Shown piece after piece: positions 1 to 10,168 of a stretch of 64,000 nucleotides of DNA. Source of the DNA: an uncultured Nitrospinota bacterium (GTDB lineage: Bacteria; Tectomicrobia; Entotheonellia; J063; CAVPRW01); contig CAVPRW010000031.1 in the NCBI GenBank assembly GCA_963707985.1, positions 192,001 through 256,000 of the forward strand. The letters are read 5' to 3'. The notes under the pieces are model-generated. The model did no database searches. It was not told the origin of the DNA and saw nothing but the letters and a program-made list of their open reading frames with translations. A program made the position numbers and the translations under genes. Position 1 is the stretch's first letter; every line of letters starts with the position of its first letter.

Positions 1-293
1 CCAACCTCGGCATATATGACACCCTCCAGTTCTGCTCCAAATAGCCATGAAATGCAAGAGGAAATTCGTGAGCGTTGTGGCTGGGCATTAAGATGAGGCC
101 GGCAACGAGGAGGTCATCGCCCAGTGGCGGCGGCAAGAACTGGCTCAGTGCTGAGTCAATCTCTTCGATGGCGCTCGCACGGTCCGGGGCCGCTTTGCTC
201 AGGATGCCTGCCATGTTAGAATACCACCTGACTGCACCATAGGCATAGGTGACGCGAACCCAGGTGCAAACTTTTTGTATTGAGGATGTCAAT

Positions 294-623
294 ATGATAG
301 GGCCAAGCAAAGCCCCTCCTCCGATCATCATGAAAAAGGTGACTGACCCCGAGGAGCTAGCCAAAGCTCGGGCGCAACGTGAGCGCTTCGACCGGAATTC
401 GGCCTGGCCGCACGCACAGGCCTCAGAGATTTACGCGCGGTATCGTGGCAAGTGTATCTGCATCGCTCGCAAAGAGCTATTTGTCGCTCATACGTCCGAG
501 GAAGCTCTGGCACTGGCCGGAGTGGTACAACCGGAAGACGATGGGTTTTTCCTCCGCTCTAGTCCCCGAGAAAAGATGGCCCGCATTTACGCGAATCGCT
601 GGAGAGTGACTGCTGTTCGATGA
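294..623 (+). CDS. Small DUF5678-like protein
   Basis: FDRNSAW...EIYARYRGKCICIA...ELFVA..EEALA pattern; GAGGA RBS at 282; overlaps the downstream aspartyl protease gene as is typical for this pair. Confidence 0.55.
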   Translation: MIGPSKAPPPIIMKKVTDPEELAKARAQRERFDRNSAWPHAQASEIYARYRGKCICIARKELFVAHTSEEALALAGVVQPEDDGFFLRSSPREKMARIYANRWRVTAVR

Positions 624-1017
624 TGGAGTTGTGCGACCTGTAATCCGGGGGGAAATTCTGGGGGGCGACGGTCTCTGGAACCCGGCAGAATTTCTCGTGG
701 ATAGAGGCGCAGATCGCACGGTAGTGAGCGCATCTGTCCTCACAGCGCTCCGCCCTCAACCCGTTGCTACCCAGGAAGGCATCGGCGGCGTAGGAGGTAT
801 GGCGAGGTCAGTCATTGTTGAAACCCAAGTGCGCTTCAGTCGGGAAGAAGGAGGGAGTCGGGTCGTCTTTCGCGGCCAGTATGCCGCCGTCCCCGAGCTG
901 GAATCGCTCGAAACAAGCGTGCTAGGCCGCGACATCACCGGCTTATTCGCACTAATCATCGATCGACCTGGCGATGTCGTCTGTCTTATAGGGCAACGGC
1001 ACCAATATACCATTTAG
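589..1017 (+). pseudogene. Retropepsin-like (clan AA) aspartyl protease, degenerate
   Basis: FLVDRGADRT (DTGA motif changed to DRGA) and SVLGRD; the reading frame extends upstream as RIAGE*LLFDDGVVRP with an in-frame TGA at 607 and ACG at the expected start (589). Confidence 0.65.
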
Positions 1018-1019
1018 TA

Positions 1020-2087
1020 ATCTGCTCTATGTCGTCCATGAGGCTCTCGTATTCCGCAGGCAGTACTTCTGGGGCTGGCCCCAAGGCCCCACGTTCGCGC
1101 ACAAACATGAAATGTAACGAGGTCTCCACCGCGGCCGTGAAGCCTTCCTCAACACCATACAAACCAGCGCCGGCCCAGCACTCCTCAGTGTCCTTACGGG
1201 CTTCGCGCCGGTTTTTTCGAAGCCCGTTTGGCCGCACGTCACAGTCCTGATCGCCGGCACCATTCTTGCTGCAGGGCGGCGGCGCGTCACCGCCGCTCTG
1301 CGGGGGATGGGACACTGCGCAGCGTCCTACATTCAGACCGATCATCGCGTCCTGAATCGGGCTGTCTGGTCGCCCATGTTGCCAGTCGGCTCCTGCTGAA
1401 GCTGTTGGTGGCCGTATTCGTCCCCTGGAGTGTCGTGGTCTGTGGCCTCGATGACACCATCGCGCGTCAACGCAGCGCTCACATGCAAGCGAAAGGCATA
1501 TACCGGAATCGCGTGCGCTCTTCCCGTGCCCACGTTGTTCAAGTCAGTGTGCGGCGTTGGCTCTGTGGGATGCTGCTGCCGCCCCTAACATGGACTCGCT
1601 GGGTCTAGGCGCGGACCTTGATGACCGTGCGGTGTCCCTCTGCGCGATTCCCTGAGGCGCGTGGCCGCCGCCATCACACGATGAGACAGCGGGCCTGACA
1701 GATCATCCGGCTCGTCGTCCGCCGGTAGACCACACGGGAGGAGGCTTGGGCACATGTGGGGAGGGAGACGCCGCGCCAGTGGGAGGGGCTGGCCATGGCC
1801 CGGACCACCCCGGCGTTGTTGAGCCTCTATTCAATCATCACGCTGACGGCTCCTCTATTCATCCACAAGGGCGCCACCTGCGTCCGAACCACGGCGTGGT
1901 ATGTCAACAGCTCTCCAACATGTTCCGATGCGATGGTCTTGGTCCGACGCCACGTGTGCGACCGTAGCCATTTTTCCACGTCACCGTCACCGCAGGAGAG
2001 CGATATGATGTAAGTGCCACGTGCCTTCTTCGAGCGCTTTATTGACGTGGTTTGCTATGCCGCATAATTGGCTAAAATTGAGCTCAG
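1020..2087 (+). mobile_element. Degenerate IS701/IS4-like DDE transposase remnant
   Basis: Fragments HRVLNRAVWS, GLDDTIARQR..AKGIYR and ETPRQW..LAMARTTPALLSLYS with stops and deletions; right end ...GCTAAAATTGAGCTCAG abuts and truncates the neighbouring gene; left boundary approximate. Confidence 0.75.
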
Positions 2088-2437
2088 AAGGTCTTGAGAA
2101 ACATGTTGGAGTGCACTTCAAGCGTGGCGGGGATGTAGAGATACCGGTGGTTGTTGACCTCCTGGGCCCGGACGCAGGTGCGGAGCACGTAGCCCGGGGC
2201 ACTTTCGCCCTGGAGGCGACAGCCCCGCCCGAGGCCGCGGATGGCATGCACGAGGGCCCACGGATCCTGGGAGGTAACCGCATAGCGCTCGATGAACCGC
2301 CGCACCCCCTGGTCCGGGTCACGGGCGGCAGCCCCCTGGGCCCTGAGGGGCGGCACCAGGCCGGCCACCAGCGCGAATGTGAGAAACTTGCGGCGGGTGA
2401 GGTGTGGCCCACAGACCGCGTAAAACGCCTTCATCAT
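2084..2437 (-). pseudogene. Truncated paralog of the Tat-exported protein at 13507
   Basis: TRRKFL Tat motif; sequence matches the 13507 protein up to HSNMFLKTF, then is cut by the IS end. Confidence 0.85.
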
Positions 2438-2487
2438 CGTTGGCTCCCCAGCGGAACACATACTCACGTTAGCTGAGAGTCGTACAA

Positions 2488-2503
2488 AGCAATTCCAATG
2501 CCG
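2488..2503 (-). promoter_or_regulatory. Sigma54 -24/-12 promoter
   Basis: CGGCATTGGAATTGCT on the minus strand (GG-N10-GC), conserved in the second copy. Confidence 0.75.
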
Positions 2504-2620
2504 GGCCCCCCCCGGGTCAGCACCGCCCCCGAGGACGTGACTCGGAGGCTGTACTGGCCAGGATTTACCGAAATACGACGGGGATGATAGAAGCTGAACA
2601 GGCATCAGTCTGTCGTCTCG

Positions 2621-2637
2621 TGTTACACTTTGTAACA
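2621..2637. promoter_or_regulatory. Palindromic enhancer (UAS) candidate
   Basis: TGTTACA-ctt-TGTAACA about 120 bp upstream of the sigma54 promoter; arms conserved in copy 2. Confidence 0.6.
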
Positions 2638-2671
2638 GCTTTTCCTGTTCACCCCGTTGAAGACTGCAACA

Positions 2672-3703
2672 TCAGGACGGCAGGTCGATCGCATAGCGCT
2701 TCAGCTTCCGCCACAGCGTGGTGCGGCTGATGCCCAGCTCCGCCGCCACTTTGGTCTGATTCCAGCGGTGTGCGGAGAGCGCGGCCAGGATGTGCGCTTT
2801 TTCGAGCTGCACGAGGGTCCGGCGTGGAGGGTCCGCGACCGGCTTGAAGTCATCGCGCCCGAGGAGACTCGGGGGCAGGTCTTCCGGCAGGAGCAGGGAG
2901 GAACGCCCCAGAATCACCGCGCGTTCGATGGCCTTCTCCAACTCCCGCACATTCCCAGGCCACGCATAGCGCAGGAGCACCTCGATGGTCTCGGGAGCCA
3001 TACCCCCGACCTTCCTGGCGAACTGCTGTCGATACCGATTGAAGAAATGATTGGCCAGGGCCAGGATATCTTCCGGGCGCTCCCGCAAGGGTGGGAGCGT
3101 GATGACAACCCCGTTGAGTCGATAATAGAGATCCTCACGGAATCTCCGGGTGTGGACAAGGGTTCTTAAATCCTTGTTGGTGGCCGCAAGGACCCGCACA
3201 TCAATGTGGATGGAGGCCGTCCCCCCCACACGCCGGATGATTTGTTCCTGCAAGACCCGTAACAGCTTGGCCTGGGCAGATAGCGGCATCTCCCCGACTT
3301 CATCGAGGAAAACCGTGCCACAGTTCCCTTCCTCGAAGAGGCCCCGCTTCGTCACCAGAGCACCGGTGAACGCCCCTCGCTCATGGCCAAACAGTTCGCT
3401 TTCCATCAGCGATTCCGGGATGGTGGTGCAATCGATGGTGATCAAGGATTGGTGGGCCCGAGGGCTCCAGGCATGGATCGCTTTGGCGATGACCTCTTTT
3501 CCCGTCCCACTTTCCCCCTGGATGAGGGCGGTGGCCTGAGTGCTGGCTAACTGCCGAGCGATGTCCAGGACCCGCTGCATCTGGGAACTGTTCGCCACAA
3601 TGGCATCGAGCTGATGATCTTCCTGAAGTGATGCTTGCAGCGGCTTGACTCCCTCTAGAAGTAGAAGATTATCGCGCTTCTGCGCGGGCGGGGGGATAAT
3701 CAC
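2672..3703 (-). CDS. Sigma54-dependent activator (AAA+ and Fis HTH) without a sensory domain
   Basis: GESGTGKE, GAFTGA, FLDEVG, WPGNVRELE and C-terminal HTH; only ~30 aa precede the AAA+ domain. Confidence 0.93.
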   Translation of the reverse strand: MIIPPPAQKRDNLLLLEGVKPLQASLQEDHQLDAIVANSSQMQRVLDIARQLASTQATALIQGESGTGKEVIAKAIHAWSPRAHQSLITIDCTTIPESLMESELFGHERGAFTGALVTKRGLFEEGNCGTVFLDEVGEMPLSAQAKLLRVLQEQIIRRVGGTASIHIDVRVLAATNKDLRTLVHTRRFREDLYYRLNGVVITLPPLRERPEDILALANHFFNRYRQQFARKVGGMAPETIEVLLRYAWPGNVRELEKAIERAVILGRSSLLLPEDLPPSLLGRDDFKPVADPPRRTLVQLEKAHILAALSAHRWNQTKVAAELGISRTTLWRKLKRYAIDLPS

Positions 3704-4456
3704 GTGCTCTCCCTCCCTGGGGTGTATGCTCTTGGTTTGCTGTATATGGGCTTCGACAGCTCAACAGGGGATGGTGGACAAGATCAGCATGAATGCTCGA
3801 GCCCGCTAGGGTCGTCCTATCTGATATGGTTACAAATGGTGGTGCTACATCGACAATAGGCTACCCTTCTATGAAATCCTCGCTATGAACTATGCCCTAC
3901 CGGCCGTAGAGACCCTACAATCTCCACCTAACATCAAGGCTCCACCGAAGAAAGAGCCAGGACTAATAAACATGAAAAACTATGACAATATATCGTCAGA
4001 TATAGCAGAATACTATAGTATATCCCAAATTTGTAGGAATCATAATTCGAGCGCGTACGTTGTCAAGGAGAATTTTTCGACAGCTCTGTAGCTGAGCGCT
4101 CCCAAAATCCATCGGGGCGGGCTACAAATGGACCGATACTACGCCATTGCGGCACCTCACATCCCCCTCGACAGGTGCCGTGGTAACCTTGTGCAGTCGT
4201 GAGGCTTTCAGACGAATATGTTGGTGTCCTCGCGGGTCTCATCTGGTGTGGGGATGCTTGCGCTAGCTGTTTTCTCAGTGATGACGACCTTGGGTTCCCG
4301 CGACTGCGAAGGTCACCAGCGTTCCCGCGAGGGACACTGATAAGAGCAAGGTTTTTTTCTCTCCTGGTGCTATACTACTATTCGTTAATGGTGAAGTGAG
4401 TAGCCTCGTTGGCACGCAAGGGAGCCCAAATCAGGTAAGCGGTGAGGAGAGCGGAT

Positions 4457-4813
4457 ATGTCGAAGGCAATCGGGATCCTGATGATAGTAATGGCGGTAGC
4501 TATTGGGAGCGCAGTCCCGGCATCTGCCTGGCAAGGAGGATATGGCTATCGCCCGTATGGTTATTACCGCTATAGGCCGCCGTCCGTGGTAGTCGTCCCA
4601 CGGGTCGTGGTCCCATTTGGGCTGCCATATGGATATCCTCCGGTCGTCGTCGCGCCGCCTCCAGTGTATGTTCAGCCCCCGCCCCAGGTGTATGTCCAAC
4701 CGCCTCCACCGCAGCCATACTGGCATTATTGTGACAACCCCCCTGGATATTATCCCTACGTGCAGCAATGCCCCGGAGGATGGCGCCAGGTGAATCCAGT
4801 GCCACCGGGATAG
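4457..4813 (+). CDS. Secreted Pro/Tyr-rich protein
   Basis: Signal peptide, PPVYVQPPP repeats, YWHYCDNPPGYYPYVQQCPGGW C-terminus. Confidence 0.8.
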   Translation: MSKAIGILMIVMAVAIGSAVPASAWQGGYGYRPYGYYRYRPPSVVVVPRVVVPFGLPYGYPPVVVAPPPVYVQPPPQVYVQPPPPQPYWHYCDNPPGYYPYVQQCPGGWRQVNPVPPG

Positions 4814-4826
4814 GAGGGAGGAGGAC

Positions 4827-5357
4827 ATGTCCAAGACGTGGGGGGTATTTCTCCCAATAGTGATTTTCCTCGGTGCTTGCACCACCTTGCCGACCGGTCC
4901 AAATGTGATGGTACTGCCTGGCGTGGGCAAGCCTTTCGACCAGTTTCAGGTCGACGATATGCTCTGCCGACAGTTTGCTCAGGGGCAGCTCGGCACGACC
5001 CCTGCCCACGCGAGTATGCAGAGCACCGTGCAAGGCAGTGCCATCGGCACCGTCTTAGGTGCGGCTGCTGGGGCCGCTATCGGTGCGGCCGCAGGCAATG
5101 CCGGTGTGGGCGCGGCCGTAGGAGCTGGCACAGGGGTGCTCGTCGGCACCGCGGCTGGCGCCGAGTCTGGCTCCGCCACGGCGGGGACGCTGCAGTGGCG
5201 GTACGATGTCGCCTATGTCCAATGCATGTATGCCAAAGGGAACCAGGTACCCGGCACCACGGCGTCTTCATCGAGCTATGTGCCACCACCAGCGAACGCC
5301 CCACCTCCACCGGGTGCCACACCACGCCCTCTCCCTCAAGTACCTTCACCACGCTGA
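4827..5357 (+). CDS. Glycine-zipper lipoprotein
   Basis: Lipobox LGAC; GAAAGAAIGAA...GAGTG zipper; YDVAYVQCMYAKGNQVP. Confidence 0.85.
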   Translation: MSKTWGVFLPIVIFLGACTTLPTGPNVMVLPGVGKPFDQFQVDDMLCRQFAQGQLGTTPAHASMQSTVQGSAIGTVLGAAAGAAIGAAAGNAGVGAAVGAGTGVLVGTAAGAESGSATAGTLQWRYDVAYVQCMYAKGNQVPGTTASSSSYVPPPANAPPPPGATPRPLPQVPSPR

Positions 5358-5585
5358 AGGTGGCCACCATCCTTTTGCGAAAGGCACTAGCAGAGACCAA
5401 CGTCGACCAAGCGTTCCGAGGCCCGTTGAGATAGGCCATGTGATCCGCTGGGCTTTCCCAGGAGTCTGCCAGTGCCCCCTCTCCTGCCCCAGTCGAAGCC
5501 CCGCAGAGGTCCTGCGAGCACGTCCGGCTGATGATGGTGTCAACGGACCCTTGGGCTCTTTCGTTAGTCGCAGTGGGAAAGGTGT

Positions 5586-6158
5586 GTGGAAGATACCGGG
5601 AAAGACATCGTGGCACACATCAATGCAGCACCTGATGCGCAAGCTCACTATGCACAACTGTATCGGTTGCATTATCCACGGGTGGTGCGATTGTGTCGTC
5701 TGCTTCTGGCTGATGCTCATGAAGCCGAAGACGTGGCCCAGGAGGTCTTCATCAAACTCTGGCAGGCCTGGCAAACCGAAACCCGCGCCATGGCATGGGA
5801 GCCATGGCTGACCCGTGTCACCGTAAACGCCTGTCGCGATCGACGGCGCTCGGGATGGTGGAAATGGTGGCGTGCACCGTATCGCACCGCTGACGTCGAC
5901 TTTCCATCCGTCCTCGACCGCCCCAGCTGCGGACCGACGCCAGAGGAGGATACCCTCGCACGAGAAGTTGTCGGGCGTATTTGGCAGGCCTTTCGTGAGC
6001 TCCCATCACGCCAGCAAGAGGTGTTTGCCTTGCGCTATCTTGAAGGCCGGTCGACGGAAGAGGTCGCCGACGCACTGCGCTTGAGCGTCGGCAGTGTGAA
6101 GCAACATCTCTATAGGGCGGTGCACCGTTTGCGTCGTGTCCTTGGAGGAGAGACATGA
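5586..6158 (+). CDS. ECF sigma-70 factor
   Basis: AEDVAQEVFIK region 2; LPSRQQEVFALRY..EVA..L..SVGSVKQHLYRA region 4. Confidence 0.92.
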   Translation: MEDTGKDIVAHINAAPDAQAHYAQLYRLHYPRVVRLCRLLLADAHEAEDVAQEVFIKLWQAWQTETRAMAWEPWLTRVTVNACRDRRRSGWWKWWRAPYRTADVDFPSVLDRPSCGPTPEEDTLAREVVGRIWQAFRELPSRQQEVFALRYLEGRSTEEVADALRLSVGSVKQHLYRAVHRLRRVLGGET

Positions 6159-6670
6159 GCCGCTGTGTCAGCGATCGGACGTTATGGCTATTGTCCGAAG
6201 GCGAAGCGTGTCGCGAGGAGCGTGCCCATGTGACTTCCTGCGGTGTCTGCGCTGTCCGGTTACGTCGGTTGGAGCAGGAGATCAGCGACCTCCAGGTCGT
6301 GTTATCCGGGTCACCGCCATCTCAGGTGGCACCGACCCAGCAGCCAGGCGTTCGCAGGCGCTGGGTCGCAGCGGTGGCGACACTTGCCGCCATGGTCATG
6401 TTCGCGTGGTTCGGTGGCTGGTGGCGGCAACCCCCATTGCCCCTGCCCACAGAGGTTCATCAGGCATCTATCTGGCCCTTCATCGAGGGCGTATCGACGG
6501 CCCTCTTCCCCGGTGCGGAGATCGGCTTCAACACTGCACCGGATCGCCTGTCCGACCTCGACGACCTGCAGGCGGCCCTGGCGTGGGAATGGCCCTGTGA
6601 AGGGCGAGAAACGCTTGCTAATTTGGCGTGTGATGACGACATATTCGCTCTCATCATTGGAGAGCCGTAA
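6155..6670 (+). CDS. Membrane anti-sigma factor (zinc-binding HxxxCxxC)
   Basis: HVTSCGVC motif, one TM helix, ATGA overlap with the sigma gene. Confidence 0.82.
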   Translation: MSRCVSDRTLWLLSEGEACREERAHVTSCGVCAVRLRRLEQEISDLQVVLSGSPPSQVAPTQQPGVRRRWVAAVATLAAMVMFAWFGGWWRQPPLPLPTEVHQASIWPFIEGVSTALFPGAEIGFNTAPDRLSDLDDLQAALAWEWPCEGRETLANLACDDDIFALIIGEP

Positions 6671-6687
6671 GGACAGGAGATGAGCTG

Positions 6688-7176
6688 ATGCACACATCAC
6701 GTCTCGTATGGGCTGGAATCGTCGTGCTTGGTTTGTGGGCCGCAGCAGGGTATGCACAACCACGCCAGGGGATGGGAGCACCGGGACCAGGCCGCATGAT
6801 GGAGGATGGGCCAGGGATGCTGCTACCCCTGGTGCTGAAAGGCATCGATTTGACCGATGCACAGGAGAAACGAGTGCAAGAGATCATGGCGGCTCACCGG
6901 ACGACATTTCGCACCCTCTTCGGCGAGCTGCAGGCCACTCACAAGGACTTGGCCGATAAACTATTCGCGCCTGCACAGGTCCGCGTCGAGGATTTCACCG
7001 TCCAAATGCAACGGATAGCGCAGCTTCGCGACCAGCTCATGCAAGAGGGACTGAAGGTTGCCATTGAGGTGCGGGAACTGCTGACACCAGAGCAGCTTGT
7101 CAAAGCTGCCGAGATCAAGGATCGCATGCGCGCATTACATACAGAAATGCGGGGGCTCTTCAGGGACAAGCGCTAA
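6688..7176 (+). CDS. Spy/CpxP-family periplasmic protein
   Basis: Signal peptide; LTDAQ and LTPEQ (LTxxQ) motifs. Confidence 0.85.
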   Translation: MHTSRLVWAGIVVLGLWAAAGYAQPRQGMGAPGPGRMMEDGPGMLLPLVLKGIDLTDAQEKRVQEIMAAHRTTFRTLFGELQATHKDLADKLFAPAQVRVEDFTVQMQRIAQLRDQLMQEGLKVAIEVRELLTPEQLVKAAEIKDRMRALHTEMRGLFRDKR

Positions 7177-7623
7177 CCTCCGCTTCACATCTACGTTCAG
7201 GGGAGGCAACTCGGTTGCCATGAGCGGGCTCTACCTCCTGAGGCCGTGGAGGATGCGAAGAGATCCTCCCTTCATGAGGTTCACACCAGCTAGCCGTATT
7301 AACGAGGAGACGCACATGCCCTCATTGCGTAAGACTCTTGTGGTTTCCAAGGCGGCCGTGGCGCTGGGATGGTTCTTCACGCTACTCGCCGTTTTACACT
7401 CACCAGCAGCTGCCCAGGGTCGTGTCTGTGCCGATGATGAAGACTGCAACACGGTGGGACCCAGGTCTCGACCCAAAGCGGTTGCGATATGCAGCCGATG
7501 CCGAGGTCCTCGTCGGGTGCTAGCACCAGGCTTCCAGCGGTAGCGGTATGCATGTAGAGTCAACCTTGCTATAATAGCAACCGATGTCGGTGTGTATTTG
7601 GTGGGCTGAACCGAAAGGGGGAT

Positions 7624-8535
7624 ATGATGGCAACGATCGTTGGCAGTGGGAAGTATACCTACGAAGTGCATGAGGACTGGGCACGCCTTCCCGAAGGTGT
7701 GGAGATGAAGGCAGCAGCCGTCGCCGTCGATTCGAAGGACCGTGTCTATTGCTTCAATCGCTCGCCCGAGCATCCGATTCTCGTCTTCGACCGGGACGGC
7801 AACTTCCTCTCATCATGGGGAGCCGGGCTGTTTGCGTTTCCGCATGCGATTCGCATCGAAGCGGACGATACCGTATGGATTACCGACCGGGATCACGGGC
7901 AATTCATGAAGTTCACCACCGATGGGAAATTGCTGTCGACGATCGGCACCAAAGGTTTCCGCTCCGACACCGGGATCCCAGCGGACGACTTCAGCTCGGG
8001 TGGGTGGAAACACGTGACGCACGGGGGCGACCCGTTCAACCTGCCGACGGACATTGTCGTGGCGCCCAGTGGCGAGATGTTCATGTCTGATGGCTATGGC
8101 AATGCCCGCGTGCACAAGTTCTCGCCGGATGGCAAACATCTCTTCTCGTGGGGCGAACCGGGGAAGGCTCCGGGACAGTTCAACCTGCCCCATGGGGTGT
8201 GGATCGATCGCCGCGGCCGCTTGCTGGTCGCTGATCGCGAGAACGATCGCGTGCAGATCTTCGATCAGGATGGGAAGTTGCTCTCCATCTGGTCGACGGA
8301 GTTGATCGGCCCAGCGTTTTTCTATGTGGATCACGAGGACATCGTCTACATCCCCGAACATAACGGTGGCATGGTCAGCATTTTGACGTTGGATGGCGAG
8401 CGGCTAGCCCGCTGGGGTGGTCCCATCCACCGTTCTTGCCACGGCATTTGGGTGGATTCGCAGGGCGACCTCTATGTCGTGCAGCCGGGTGAGTGGGGAC
8501 GGGTGCGTCGTGTCGTGAAGTACGAGCGGCAGTAA
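7624..8535 (+). CDS. NHL-repeat beta-propeller (PAL-like) protein
   Basis: FNLPTDIVV, DGYGNARVHKF, FNLPHGVWID, ADRENDRVQIF repeats. Confidence 0.9.
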   Translation: MMATIVGSGKYTYEVHEDWARLPEGVEMKAAAVAVDSKDRVYCFNRSPEHPILVFDRDGNFLSSWGAGLFAFPHAIRIEADDTVWITDRDHGQFMKFTTDGKLLSTIGTKGFRSDTGIPADDFSSGGWKHVTHGGDPFNLPTDIVVAPSGEMFMSDGYGNARVHKFSPDGKHLFSWGEPGKAPGQFNLPHGVWIDRRGRLLVADRENDRVQIFDQDGKLLSIWSTELIGPAFFYVDHEDIVYIPEHNGGMVSILTLDGERLARWGGPIHRSCHGIWVDSQGDLYVVQPGEWGRVRRVVKYERQ

Positions 8536-8550
8536 CCGACGAGTTCCGAT

Positions 8551-8578
8551 GAGTCCTCCCTCGTGGCGGGGGAGGACT
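8551..8578 (+). terminator. Hairpin after the NHL gene
   Basis: AGTCCTCCC...GGGAGGACT stem directly after the stop codon. Confidence 0.4.
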
Positions 8579-8695
8579 GAGATACCTGACACATGACTCG
8601 CGACTCCCACGTCCTCCCCCCTTCCTTCCCCGTGGGAGGGGCTGACAAATGGCACCGTATGACATGGGATGCCCTGCTTGTCTGGAGACCCAACC

Positions 8696-10061
8696 ATGCA
8701 GCCCCGGATGCAACCCCTATCCGCCATCACACTCGATGAGACGTACGCTCAGGCGTTACCCAACTCACGGCAGCTCTTTGCACGCGCTCAACAGATTTTT
8801 CCCGATGGGGTGACCCACGATAATCGCCGCATGCAGCCGTTCCCCATCTACATTGAGCGCGCTGATGGCGCCTACAAGTGGGATGTCGACGGCCATCGCT
8901 ACATCGACTACTGGATGGGGCACGGTGCTCTGCTGCTGGGCCATAGTCCACCCCAAATCTGCCAGGCGGTGATCGACCAGATGCAGCGCGGAACACACTA
9001 TGGGGCCAGCCATGCCAAGGAAGTCGAGTGGGGTGAGTGGATCTGTCGCCTGGTGCCGTGCGCCGAAATGGTGCGCTTTACCGCGTCTGGCACGGAAGCC
9101 ACGCACATGGCGTTGCGTCTGGCGCGTGCATTTGCCGGGAAGCGGCGTGTGGTGAAGTTCGCAGGCCACTTCCATGGCTGGCACGAGGGCTTGGAGGTCG
9201 GCGTACAGCCGCCATATGATGCCGGCCCCGAGCCCGGGCAGATGCCAGAAGCAGTGGAGGCTGTTGCCCTCTGCCCACCGAATGATCTCGCCGCCGTTCG
9301 AGCTGCCCTCGCCGCGGGCGACGTGGCGGCGGTGATCATTGAGCCCACTGGCGGCCATTTTGGCGTCGTGCCAATCGCGCCTGGGTTTCTGGAGGCACTG
9401 CGCGCGGAGACAAGCCAAGCCGGCGTGCTGTTGATCTTCGACGAAGTGGTAACAGGCTTCCGTGTGGCGCCTGGTGGTGCGCAGGCCTTGTTTGGCGTGA
9501 TGCCTGATCTCTCGACGTTCGCCAAAGTTCTGGCCGGCGGCTTGCCTGGTGGTGCTGTGGCCGGCCGAGCTGATATCCTCGCATTCCTGAACACTCAAGG
9601 CGGGGCAGACGAAAATTCACCATCCCGGTACTTTCAATGCTAACCCCTTATCGGCCGCTGCAGGTGTCGCGATGCTGTCTGCGGTCGCCGATGGCAAGGC
9701 ACAGCGCGTTGCCAATGATCAGGCGGCTAAGTTACGCTATGGCATGAACGAGATTCTGGCGCGTGAGAAAGTGGCCTGGCGAGTGTACGGCAAGCATAGT
9801 GATTGGAAACTGTACTACGGCGCCGACGCCCCACCACACGATGGCAATGATCAGTCAGTGGACGATGTCCCCTGGCAGCGCCTCGATTCTCGGCACCCAC
9901 AGCAGAGCAGTGCCCTGCGGCAAGCCTTGATCCTGCAGGGCATCGACTTCAACGGCGGCCGCGCCCTGGTCGGCACCTGCCACACCGATGCCGTCGTCGC
10001 CGAAACCCTCGGTGGCTTCACGGCTGCTGTGCGGGCGGTGAAGGAACATGGGCTGGCGTAG
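8696..10061 (+). CDS. Class III aminotransferase (GSA aminomutase-like); one frameshift near 9605
   Basis: SGTEATH, FDEVVTGFR, STFAKVLAGGLP; continues in another frame as HPGTFNANPLSAAAG. Confidence 0.88.
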
Positions 10062-10168
10062 GCTAAGACATTCCGTAGGCCTCACAGGCTGGTGTACAAT
10101 ACGGTGCTCGATGAGGCGCCAAGTAGGATTCGGCATCATGACTGAATTTCTCACGCCAGGAGGCATGC

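Larger units (their letters stand above)
2088..2986 (-). repeat. Inverted duplication, copy 1 (partner 12956-13856)
   Basis: Reverse complement aligns with 12956-13856; near-identical over the activator tail, more diverged over the downstream gene. Confidence 0.92.

Noticed and set aside
607..609. TGA as selenocysteine or readthrough codon
   Set aside because: The position fits a Trp codon mutation, and the gene has other inactivating changes
2088..2986. Inverted repeat as a simple assembly duplication
   Set aside because: The copies differ by many substitutions, especially in the downstream gene
2657..3539. Plus-strand ORFs of 170 and 129 aa
   Set aside because: Antisense shadows of the sigma54 activator; the same applies to most overlapping ORFs in the track
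7316..7543. Signal-peptide ORF with QGRVCADD
   Set aside because: Looks like the stub of a Cys-rich secreted protein but degenerates immediately; too weak to call
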